A stretch of DNA of 64,000 nt from Schmidtea polychroa. Taxonomy: Eukaryota. Shown in pieces: positions 15,761 through 26,870 of this stretch (position 1 is its first letter; each line of letters opens with the position of its first letter). The translations under genes were made by a program, and so were the position numbers. Below the pieces are notes generated by a model. It did not search any database. It worked only from the letters and a program-made list of their open reading frames with translations, and was not told the DNA's origin. Where the stretch lies: contig CM097885.1 of assembly GCA_044892525.1 (NCBI GenBank), positions 234,300,001 to 234,364,000 on the forward strand. The letters are read 5' to 3'.

Positions 15761-16414
15761 ATGCGAGGCGAGATGATGATAACAATGATGGTATTGATGA
15801 TTCTGATGGAGAGCAAACAAATAGACGCCCAACCGAAAATCGTACGAGATTACCGAAATCAAAATCAAGAACCTAAACAAGAATCCAGTCAATGCACATA
15901 CCCGATGACCGTAAAAACCCATATCATCCAAACCATTCAATCAACCCGATCACACATCAACAACATCCAAACAATGTGTAAAAAGAATCCCATTTGTAAA
16001 ATGATAAACAAACAAATCCTCGAACAAATTCAACAATTCGACCAGTTGGAACAACAAATGCAACAAGAGAATTTTGGAAATCTGGTAGAAAAGCCAAAAA
16101 TACCTCCCGAAATCAATAACGCCCATTATCTCATATATGTGGTGATCGCAGAAACCCTCCTCCTATGTCTACCAATATTCATGAAAATTTACGAAGTTCG
16201 AAATAGATGTAGAATCTCGACATCAATAAGAGTAACCTCGAACCAAAATCCTCAAGAAGTGCCCCTGACAAATCTTAACCCAACCCCATTCCGACCTCGA
16301 ACCCCGAGTAATCAACCAATCCAGCCGAAATCTAATAGTCAGACCTATCTCAACATCAATACCCAAACCAACCAACAGCCGCCAGCAGAAGCATCAATGG
16401 TTAACAATTCATAA
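15761..16414 (+). CDS. Retroelement accessory ORF E, small type-I membrane protein
   Basis: Hydrophobic N-terminus MMITMMVLMILM, three Cys in a short ectodomain, TM YLIYVVIAETLLLCLPIFM, P/Q/N-rich tail, and AATAAA at 16521. Confidence 0.75.
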   Translation: MRGEMMITMMVLMILMESKQIDAQPKIVRDYRNQNQEPKQESSQCTYPMTVKTHIIQTIQSTRSHINNIQTMCKKNPICKMINKQILEQIQQFDQLEQQMQQENFGNLVEKPKIPPEINNAHYLIYVVIAETLLLCLPIFMKIYEVRNRCRISTSIRVTSNQNPQEVPLTNLNPTPFRPRTPSNQPIQPKSNSQTYLNINTQTNQQPPAEASMVNNS

Positions 16415-16640
16415 ACTCTAATTCAAACATTTGTGTTATTATATGTGGAAACTTTTATTGTATGTACCAACTATCACCTTAAGTGATACTTGCTTGGTCT
16501 TGCTTTGACCTTGATCTTACAATAAAATTTTTATCATTGTTGTATAATTTTTCGTGTTCGTGTTATATTTTTTTTTGAATGAATGAATTAAGTTAATTAT
16601 GCAATTGCGGGACGCAATTTTGATGGGTCCCCGAGTGATT

Positions 16641-17269
16641 TGTTGGGCTGAGTCGAAAATTTAATCGTTGAAAAATAAGAAAGTAGGGAAGTAGAACATT
16701 AAGAAAAATAAAAATAAAATAAATAAAATCAGAAATAAAATAGAATAAGATATAAGGAAAATAATAATTAAGACATAAGAATTAAAACAAAAAAATAAAA
16801 TTAAGAAAAGATTAAAATAGAACAAGTTGACAAATAAATAAAGAGGAATTCAAGAAATAATAAGGAAATTAAGGAAATAAATAGAAAAACATATTAAAAA
16901 TAAAGAAAATAAGGAAAAAACAACCTAAAAACAAGAAAATTATATTAAATTAATAGAAATAAGCGGTACTCAACTCTGATTGGTCCGCACAAATAAGAAT
17001 TTGATATATATACAACTACCAAAAACATTAAATTTACTGTTAACCCCGAGCATTTCATAGGTAAGAAAGAATGTTTACTGTCTACTGTTAACCCCGAGCA
17101 TTTCATAGGATCGACACTACTAGCCAAGCAACCGTCATTCAGAAAACTCCACAACTATTCAAAACCAGTTCAGAGACCGAAATACCATTCATCACAATAA
17201 TCGACATCCAACGGACCACCATTAGAACTATTTGGAACGAACAACATTGAATTTTGACTCAGCCTAACA
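16641..17269 (+). repeat. Candidate 3' LTR (629 bp)
   Basis: Ends TGTTGGGCTGAGTCGAAAATT ... AATTTTGACTCAGCCTAACA (TG..CA, ~20-bp imperfect inverted termini). It contains ATTGG (reverse CCAAT) ~16979, TATA-like 17005-17012 and a 27-bp direct repeat (17035-17061, 17083-17109). No TSD flanks it, as expected for one LTR of a full element. Confidence 0.75.
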
Positions 17270-17519
17270 ATAGTAAGGGGTATTTCATTTGTTTATAGAT
17301 TTATTTAAGTATTTGCAAAGCTAATAATAATGTTAAATATTAACGATTAAACATTTTAGTTAACTCTCTTCATTTGATTCTCCATTTTAATAACTTTAAC
17401 GTATTGATGGAATTTGTATTATTTAAGTATTTCAGAATCAATAAAATATTTTTATCCAGATGTCCGTATTTTATTTGAATTAAAGATTTTATGAATTTTC
17501 ATTTAACGAGTAACGTGGA

Positions 17520-17775
17520 GTTGAGATACTCCATGTCATGGTATGAGGTGCCTTCGGGAGCTCAGCCGGTGGACATGGAGTATTTCAATCGCGCAGCTAG
17601 ATTGGGCCGAAATGTGAAGGCTTCTTCACGGGTCCTATCGCTGAAGATGCGACTAAATTATCACAATGGGGTATGTATAAAAAATAACCGGTAGACAATG
17701 ATTTCACAAAGATAGCCATACGAATGAAGGGATTTTCAAGGATTTGCACAGTGATTGAGGGCGTCGCATTCTTCT
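17520..17775 (+). ncRNA. Putative structured RNA segment (unassigned)
   Basis: 17-bp stem 17521-37/17572-88 with internal cUUCGg loop, a second hairpin 17594-17643, and pairing 17643-53/17763-74. G-U pairs favour the plus strand. Confidence 0.45.
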
Positions 17776-19122
17776 TTCGTCAAGTCGTTTTCGTAAGTCT
17801 TACCCCTATTGAAAAAAGAGATCCAGACCACGATTTAGTGAACTTCGTCAAAAATAATAACATCTCATAGTACGCTTCATCTGGAAACATGGTTTTATCA
17901 AATTAATTGCGACAACGTCTATTTGCCGGACTCAGTAGAACTAAATTCGTATGAAATTCCATTATCATAGACCCAATGTCATCTAACCTGTCCAGATTGT
18001 ATGTCAGGTTACGAAAGTATTCTAAAAACTTTAACTAACTCGAAACTATAAAATGCGAGATTCTACGAAAACCTCTCTAGTATTATAATCAGAAAGTTTT
18101 TATAGACTTAGTTATTTCAAAAATTATAAACAGGTAAAATATCACCAAATTTAATTAATAACATTTATTTCTACAATAAGAGCCAGGTCATCACTGTATA
18201 TATCCAAATTATTGAACCTGAGAGAAAAGGACGGGTTTCATCGAGACGGCATTACATCTGAATAGGAAAATCCGAGTAGAATGACGAGAGTAGTAATATG
18301 CTCCAGTATTTGGTAGAATTATTCCCTCGACGATCACTGAAAAGATCCAATAAATTTCCAAACGATGGTGATCATTCACACAAGTTGATAAGGGTAAAAT
18401 TCCGCGATGAGAACTGGCGGTAGCATAAATCATAACTCAAATAAATCACTGTGCAGAGAAAATCATACGACAGCAGGATCGATAAAATCACCGTGAAAAT
18501 GGCATACACCAAGTGAGTGAGATAAGATAGTAGCCATACACGAATCCATGTGGTGAGAGCACAGAATATCAGACTAGCATACATAGTAGTCGCGACACGT
18601 GACATTCACAATAGGTCGATAATGTAATCAACCAGTCGACAGCAGTATCCGTAAATTTGGATATATGTTATGACCGATGGGATTTTCCATGAGGGTGTTA
18701 AAGTAATGGCTGATGTAAACTCATCACATATTTTCAGACAAATGGTAGACAACATAGATAATCACATTCACTACCGAATTAAAAGTGCACTTCCAATAAC
18801 AAATTTCGAATCAAAAATATGTTGAGAGCGATGGTAATTTGTTTTTAATAAATTAAAATAGATAACATATAGCCAGGTTTGGTCGCATACTATAATGTCC
18901 CTCTACTAAAGCATTATTATATTGTTTCACCAATATTATATTTACACCCTATCAATTATTACGTCCCTCATGCATACAGTTAGATCAATAGATAGTCAAA
19001 GTTAATAACATGCGTCAAACCGATGGCATTTGGTTAAATAAACTGTTTTAACAACTAAGATCCGTAGTAAAACCGGATTGTAGAATAAGTTTTCCTTCTT
19101 TTCGACGGTCAAGTATCCACGA

Positions 19123-19948
19123 ATGGACGCGGGTCGTATCTAATTTATTCTAAAATCGTATGTTCTCCATTTCATTAGTATTATTTATAGCAAGCATGCT
19201 ACCAACCACTAAATCGGCATTACGGCCGTGCTTCTCGTGCGCGGATAAAAATACGGTGATAAAGGACCTACAAACTCAGATTGGACGTTACAAGAGGAAG
19301 ATAGACGAGCTGGAAGGGACATGGTTTAGTCCCGCTCGGATGAAAGAGATCCAAAAGAAGCTCGATCGTAGCGAGCATTGCCGGGACGCGCTAATATCTG
19401 AGAGCCGTGCCCAAAGAAGTCTAATCAGAGAACAATCCGAGGCACTGCATAAGGTTTACGTGCAGGCGGCTACAACCCGAAAAATCGTGCAGATTCCCAT
19501 CCGAGAGGCCGATGACATCTTTCCGCCTCATCACAACCTTTCCTCGAATCCATCTCCACCGTTCAAGAGACCGTGCCGAGACTGCGTCGAAACCGAATGG
19601 TCCCCCAAGCGTCCAGATGTTGTCATCACGGGCACCAGTAAGCCCCCCACTGCTAGTCCATCTGTATCAGTCACCCTTCTGCAAGTGGCATCTTCAAGCA
19701 AACCCAAGCGCAAACAACTCTCTCGTGCAGAGCGCAAGAAGAGACAGCGCGAGCGCGCTACTGCAAAGCCAAACATCCCATCAATAGAGGACTCAACCAA
19801 CGGTGGCAACTCTCACGTGTCCATCGACCTAACAACGGGACCCTCAGCGCGAATCATATCAGCCGCTGGCGTAAGGTGGGAAGAGAACGCTTCCGAGTTT
19901 TTCAACCTCGACGAATTATTCGCCGACACTGAATGGGAGAAACAATAA
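19123..19948 (+). CDS. Orphan protein with two CxxC motifs, coiled coil and basic patch; possible 55-bp intron 19136-19190
   Basis: GC-richer intact 262-aa ORF. ATG 19123 plus the GT..TTTATAG intron restores frame (MDAGPSMLPTTK). PCFSC and PCRDC motifs; AATAAA at the stop and ~20072. Confidence 0.55.
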
Positions 19949-20159
19949 AACCCCAGTGGCGGTCAGGATGAGGAACAAGGATCCGATCTATGTTGATTAT
20001 GATGTTCTCTCTTCTTTCGACAAACATTAGTAAAGTGTACAGCTGAATCCTTGTGTCATAACGTTGAAATTAATAAATCTTGTTGTCTTACACGTTTTCG
20101 TTCATGAATAATTAGACTTTAATTAAGTGGGTTGAATAGAGAACCCGCAAGATCTAGTG

Positions 20160-20536
20160 AGAATTTCCCAATTTGCATTCAGCGAATCCTGATAGGTGGT
20201 TGTGTAAGGAAATGGACGTAAGCCCTTCTATCGGCAGTCGTGAATGGGAAGTCGAGGCCTCAGCAAGGAGTAGTTTTAAGGCAGAAGCTCACCTGCTTGC
20301 TGGCGTCTCGCCTGCATAGTGCAGTACCAACGTGAAGTGATTCACGGGCACTATGTTGGAAGAAAGTTATGTGGGGTTTCACTCCAGGTTGACAAATCGG
20401 TGGCACCTTTTATTCGAGATGGACAATCAACCCTTAGACCCGCCAACATGGTAGAATGGTCAGCCGAGGTGTGACCCCAACACTACTCTCGTAGCCGTTT
20501 GCTACTGTTATAGTTGGGCAATAAATAAAAAAATAA
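20160..20536 (+). ncRNA. Putative structured RNA / retroposon 3' UTR ending in A-rich tail
   Basis: Consecutive hairpins, including CATAGTGC/GCACTATG with inner CGTGAA-GTGA-TTCACG (GNRA loop), followed by ATAAATAAAAAAATAA. Confidence 0.5.
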
Positions 20537-22755
20537 TTATTTAAAGCAGGACTTAGATCACAAATAAGGACGATTCTTCGAAATTCTTATCAGGTGACAC
20601 CCATTCTGACATTCCTCAAATTATCTATTTTCTACTCGTAACATTTTGTTTGTTACTTACACATATAGTTTGCATAATAGATCAAACTCAACATGAAAAT
20701 CTTCCACAAACTGTTCTTGAGATCTCTTTGCTGGATAAAAATAAATTTCAAGATGAAAATTTGTAATTTCTTTATTATTACACTTATGACCATTTAACGT
20801 TGGAAACGTTTTTCCTATATAGTGTTTTAGTACTTTTTAACTTATTTTTGTCATTCAAACAAACAATTTAAACGTATGTTAATAATGTATTATTATCATG
20901 GATATTTATCTACCACGCTTAATTTGTAAATAATTTTGTAAATAATTATTGTAAAAAATGTAATTATAAAATACAGAACATTAGTAAATAAACAAATATT
21001 ATTTTAATAATTAGTGATTAATAATTATGGATTTTATAACTAAAAATTATCAGTAAAATCCTTTATCATGTTCACTAATAATTTAGTAGTGTCTTTATCC
21101 ATTTTTATTTTTTAATCATTTTAGACTATATCGATATTTTTATTTTATAAAACGAATTTTTGACATAAACTCTTTCTAGTATTAAATAAACTAGAAAAAG
21201 CTATAGTGACAATTTTTGCTAAATAAATTACAATAATGTTCTACAAACAGAAAAGAAATGAAGATAAAAGAAATTTATAATTATTAGTTTCTACTGCATT
21301 TAAGTTTTCTGTATTTATTAAAACTATTTAATAATAAATTTTTATTTCAAAACAATTAAAAAAATATTTAATTTTAGTATCATTTAAAAAAAATTTGATA
21401 TTTTGACACGTTTTTTAATTCAGACAATATTTTTTTAAATCACACAAATTAAAAAATACTCTCTAATTCAATAATGCGATAACTTCTCAATTATCGTTTT
21501 TAAAATTATTTTAAAATTTTAAAATAAATCTAAAAATATTTTTTTCGTTTATTTTCTTTTCATAATTTTTATAAATAATTTGCTAGAGATATTTACATAT
21601 TAAAATTACATTCTACTTTTAGTTTTTATTCTTAAAAATTCTCACAATAACTATAATTTTTTTAATAATTTCAAAATATTATTAAAAAAAATTTATGATT
21701 AATAACCATAAGAAATATTTAAAACTTATCACTTTATATATAATTCTTCAAAAATATTTAATTAATTTTCAAATTTCAGTTTTTTAAGTTCTGAAAGATT
21801 ATGAATGGTTCATAAATAAATCGAAAGAAATTAGTTGGAATCCATCTCTCCCATTCTACAATATTAGGCAGTTCAAAGTTATCCTTTCACAGGTTCGAAA
21901 ATTTCAATATAAAAAATAAATTTAAAATTAATAATGTATGGAGAGAAAAAATAAATACTGAGAGAAACTTATCTCTGTCGTTTTAATCTATGCATTTATT
22001 CCGTGAAGTTGAAATTGCTCTTGTAACGGAGAGTACCACTTATATCAATGGTAGTTTGAAATAATTATAATTTACGTAGCAAAATTTGGAAAATTGATAA
22101 AACTATAATACATATTTTCCCAAAAATGTCAGTAAAAATTATTGATTAATTTATTTTTATTAAATTAAATTTTATTCGATATTGTGGAATTACATTTTCT
22201 ATTTTTATAAAAATATTTCAATTTTAGTTTACTATTAAAATTATATTTTTAATTAGTTTCTTCATCAAATATATGCAATTGATTAAATTTCTTTGATTAC
22301 ATGAAAATAATTATTTTAAAACTTTGTTCCGAATCATCTAAAAAAATGTCAATTAAAATTAAACTTTTATTAAAAATGTCTAACAGAATTTTATAGTATA
22401 AATCACGTTACTAAAGAAATTCGAATTCATTTAAACTAATGATTTAATTAAAAGAAAAAAAATTAATTAAATATTTCTCCAGTAAAGACGACTTCATCTA
22501 GTTCTTATGGAAAACTTGTTATTTTTAGTCGTTAAAAAAACCAAAAATTAATTAATTGTATAAAAACACTAAAACGCCAAACAAAAGAAATTTATTTTTA
22601 GGAAATTGACCTCATCATCAGTCTGCCATCAATCACGATGTCTAAAGTTATATACGAAACAAAAATAATGTGATAGTTATGACTTAATTAGTTAATTAGA
22701 TAATCTCAATAAATTCATTGCTAGTTGAGTTTTTAGTGACCAATTCCTCACAATA

Positions 22756-22758
<3 letters not shown>

Positions 22759-22853
<95 letters not shown>
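22759..22853. repeat. (AAT)n microsatellite
   Basis: Direct read of sequence. Confidence 0.98.
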
Positions 22854-24016
22854 TAAATAACAAACAATAAAAATTATATATACAGATATATATTAGAAAG
22901 ATTAAAATATATTCTTTAAAACATTATGTAACTTATTAATTAATTAATTATTTAAAGCATTTAATTGTATTATAAAATGTTGTTTTTCACAAAATTATTG
23001 AAAAACAGTTTGCTATTCATAAACTTTAACAAATGTGACAAATCTTTACAAAATCTAATATTGAATTACCTTTTATTATGCAACGAAGATTTTTGGCAAT
23101 GCTTTTGTTAAAGTTATTTGCATTTGATAAAACTAATACCGAAGATCTATGTTACATAAAAAAAAACATCATCTATTGTCGTAAAGAAAATAGATGAAAT
23201 ATTAAACCAAAACAAAAGCAGATCAAATATGAACAAAAAATAAAATATAATTACTTTAAATCAAAGGTAAGTTAGGAGTTATATATCTATTTCTTGAAAA
23301 TTAATTATTCTAAGATTCAATAAAACAAACCTCTTCTAGTATTACCAGCTGAGAGATTGTTTACAACAAAATTATTTTATTTATCAGTAATAATTTAAGT
23401 AAACAAAATTCTCACTGTGTTACGCTCTGATGTATCTGTTTTCGTTAATTTAATTGCCTTTGAATAACCTTCAAATAGGATACATTTGTTTCATTGAAAT
23501 GATACAAAATATTAAATTTATATTATATTTTATTTTAAAACATAAAATTAAATTTCATTGAAATAAATTTAAATTTTGAAATTTCAGTTCTTGGTGTTTT
23601 GATATCTCACCAACACAGTGGTTTACCTTTTTGTTATTTAATATGAAAAGATTTATATCTTTAATCCCCTTTTTTGTAATTGGATGTTTCAAAAAAGATT
23701 CGTTATTATTTTATTCGTTAAATTAATATATATTTATTTTCATTCAAAATCATGTCTCTAAATCAAATTCTATTTATTCATTATAGTTAGATTAATATTT
23801 AAAAAAAATCTAAATTTCGGTTTTTCTTGAATAACATTTCCAATGTAATCAAAATAACATTATATTATTCAAATTCTATTTTCACTTTTATTGTCATTAA
23901 TCACTATTATATTTGTATACATGAAAGTACAAGCTTTGTGATACCCAGTGCAAATCCAAATAGTAGACTAGTTTCGAGCTTTTGCCTCTCATCAGTACTA
24001 TGCAGGAGACGCGAAG

Positions 24017-24413
24017 ATTTCTCTTCGCACCGGGTAAGTATACAATATTGCTGATTCAACTCTATTGTATACTTTCTCTGGCATACTGGAAATCACATCA
24101 CTTGCAAATTAGCTAATTCACAAAACAAATCAGTAAACTTGTAAACATGGCATATGAAAAATCATAATCACCTCTGCAGACCAAAAAATTAGTTTATACA
24201 CAGAAACTTTTTACAAGTACATCCGATTACCTTTAGCATTTTTAACTTATAAAGTAATGGTGTAAAATTCTTTTTTACGGATGTCTAGCGTATGAATAAT
24301 ATAAACCGTACAATTGCGATTTGCACTAGGTATCACAAAGCTTGTACTGTATGCAAAGTAGGCAATAGATTTGAATCAGCAATATTGAATACTTACCTAG
24401 CGCGAAGAGAAAT
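24017..24413. mobile_element. MITE with ~55-bp terminal inverted repeats
   Basis: ATTTCTCTTCGCACCGGGTAAGTATACAATATTGCTGATTCAA is matched in reverse complement at 24363-24413. Confidence 0.7.
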
Positions 24414-24623
24414 TAATAATATATAATTTCTTTTTCTAACAACAAGTTTTGTCATTCTTATCGAAAAATGATGAGAAAGAAAATCAAAGATGTTTTAAGA
24501 AGTTGTCTAATATAATCTGATTTTTCACTTTTTATCTCTTTTATGACATAAAAACACAACTCTAAATCCTACAACGTTAAAACATTTTTATTTTTAACTT
24601 TCATAATTTACATTAAATATAAC

Positions 24624-25733
24624 TTATCTCATTTGTTTTAATTGATACAAAAATCGAGATTTCATAAAACAGTAAATAATTGGATTTACAGCATTGTTGA
24701 CATAATAAAAATGGTACAATATTAAATTGAAATTTATTACTTTGAATGCAACAATTAAAAGTACCGGTAAAAATGACAGTACATAAGCTCCGGTGACCAC
24801 TGACAATAAAGACGCGGATCGTATATTTTGCAAGAATTTTGATCTTTCAAATTTTTTATCTGTATTTCTGTTTGAAAAGTTTTCTCGTTTGAAGTCGGTT
24901 TTGAAGTTATTCTGACAGCAAATTTTCCATTTATTTGTTTCTACTTCTCGACTTAAATATTTTGGTCTCGGTTTTGGCAATGAAACAAATGATTTCGGTT
25001 GATATTCTGTGGTGAAATCATCGGTGAAATGTGGAGCAAATTTATAATAATTGTCTTTACGCCGAAATCGAATAATCACTTTAAATATCGACGAATAAAA
25101 CAAAATAATAAAAATAATTGATGCTGTATATAGAAAATGATTTGATTTTTCGACGATTTCGTAGAAAATCAATTGTGATTTTGTAATGTTTAAATTGTGT
25201 TTTATTTCATCACAAATGAATTTTTTGACATTCGAAGTATAATTGGATATGTAAGTGGTTGGTGACGAAGTTGAGAGCTTTAATTCCACGCTTAACATTG
25301 CCAAAATGCCTTGAGTGACTGAAATAAAAAAAAGAAATATCACCAACCTTTTTGCTCGAGCTAATGGTAAAATAGATTTCAAAGGATGGCAAATGCTCAA
25401 ATATCTATCAAATGCAATCACCAAAATCAGCAAGGTACTGAAGACTAAATTGGATGTATTTAAAAAATAATACGATTTGCATGCAATTTCAGAGATGTCA
25501 AATGCTTTTAATTCCACGTAAATAGTACCTGGTACTAGAATTATACAAACTGCTAAATCCGAAGCTGCTAAAATGATAATAAAAAATATATCATTGTTTT
25601 CATGGCGGCGTTTATTTCGATAGACTAGTAAAACAAGAAAATTTCCGATTGCACCAACGACTGTAACAACTGATAAAAGAATAATTGTTACACAGAGGTG
25701 AAAATTTGGTATGCTTTCTTCATTACTGACCAT
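24624..25733 (-). CDS. Rhodopsin-class (class A) GPCR, single exon, probably a peptide-receptor type
   Basis: Seven hydrophobic segments; GN in TM1, LAASD in TM2, FDRYLSICHPL, and NPIIY in TM7. Confidence 0.93.
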   Translation of the reverse strand: MVSNEESIPNFHLCVTIILLSVVTVVGAIGNFLVLLVYRNKRRHENNDIFFIIILAASDLAVCIILVPGTIYVELKAFDISEIACKSYYFLNTSNLVFSTLLILVIAFDRYLSICHPLKSILPLARAKRLVIFLFFISVTQGILAMLSVELKLSTSSPTTYISNYTSNVKKFICDEIKHNLNITKSQLIFYEIVEKSNHFLYTASIIFIILFYSSIFKVIIRFRRKDNYYKFAPHFTDDFTTEYQPKSFVSLPKPRPKYLSREVETNKWKICCQNNFKTDFKRENFSNRNTDKKFERSKFLQNIRSASLLSVVTGAYVLSFLPVLLIVAFKVINFNLILYHFYYVNNAVNPIIYCFMKSRFLYQLKQMR

Positions 25734-26637
25734 GGAAATCGTTGACTTTTAGAAAAAAAATAATATTTTAGAAAATTCTATTTAGGTTATTTAAAATGGG
25801 ATACTTCTCATTGTGATTGGTTGAAAATGAAATCAATCGAATTTATTATTAATTTAATAAAATATTTCGTGAAAATATTATTCTTTAATAATTAAGTGTG
25901 ACCAATTAATATATAACTTAAATAATGATTAAATTACATTTTGTTTTAATCGTGACTATAACTGTGAATTTAATGCAGATCAAAGTGATACAATAAAAAA
26001 TTGAAAACATATAAATATGGAGTTAGTATTATTAGTTTTTTAACAATGAAGTGACAATTCAATAATTTTCATACAAAGAAAATTAAAAAGAATTATATTT
26101 TGAGGTATTAATGGAATGCTTAAAAGCAATAATTTAGGCTGACCTTCTCAAAGTGGGGGTATATATAATTACATTATAAAAATATAAACATCAAGAAATA
26201 AGCAATGAGGGATAATGGATATTTGCATATTAACGAATATTTTTACTCTGATACTTTGAGTTTGTTCTGATAGTTTTGTGCTTCTAAAATAAATATATTT
26301 AACACAAAACAAAAAAGTCGATATTTGTATTTATCCTTCTTTCTCATATTTACAAATCCATTGTGTGGTGAAATTTCCATTTTTAAAGAATAATTAAAGA
26401 ATATTTAACTTTTATTATAAACCAATTATAAACATGATCTTTTAATTTGAATTCCCCAATTATTTACTTATCATTCTCTTAAAATCTGTAAAACCAACCC
26501 AGAATGGCAATATCAACACAAATTTTGACTCATCCTCCTCATACTCACTATTATTTTCTTTACCTCACCGCGCAACTCACCCAAATCAATCGAATTACAT
26601 ACAAAAGTTTTCAAACATGAATTCTTAGAATTTTTAA

Positions 26638-26870
26638 CCCTTTTATACGGAGTGTACAATATATTGTACACAGTTTTGTGTGCTGAATATCTGTTGTACC
26701 TTTTCGAAAATATAATGTGAGAAGTACTTTTTAAGAAAATTGAAATTTGTTCTAGTACATTTTAATAATTAAATTATTTTTTTATTTTTTTGCATAATTT
26801 GAGTCCCCTTACTAGGTTTGATGGTCTAGATAATTAATTTACCCACAGAATTAATTCCCGAATGAAAGGG
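26638..26870. mobile_element. piggyBac-type MITE
   Basis: TTAA|CCCTTTTATACGG ... CCGAATGAAAGGG|TTAA. Confidence 0.75.

Larger units (their letters stand above)
1..17269 (+). mobile_element. Giant Ty3/Gypsy LTR retroelement with envelope and accessory genes; 5' part (5' LTR, PBS, gag) lies beyond the left edge
   Basis: Gypsy order PR-RT-RH-INT in one ORF, five co-oriented downstream ORFs, uniformly A-rich plus strand, and a TG...CA bounded unit at 16641-17269 after which composition changes to AT-rich host-like DNA. Confidence 0.92.

Noticed and set aside
85..15940. Many minus-strand ORFs over the retroelement
   Set aside because: Shadows of the A-rich coding strand (F/L/S-rich) with no motifs.
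17035..17109. CRISPR-like repeat-spacer-repeat
   Set aside because: Only two copies, eukaryotic LTR context, no cas genes.
16603..17181. Group I intron-like words (AATTGCGGGA at 16603, TCCGCA at 16984, GTTCAGAGAC at 17168)
   Set aside because: No S element or P7 partner, and the spacing spans the LTR boundary. Most likely coincidence.
20427..20437. Telomerase-template-like AACCCT in the structured RNA
   Set aside because: Only one repeat unit, with no alignment region.
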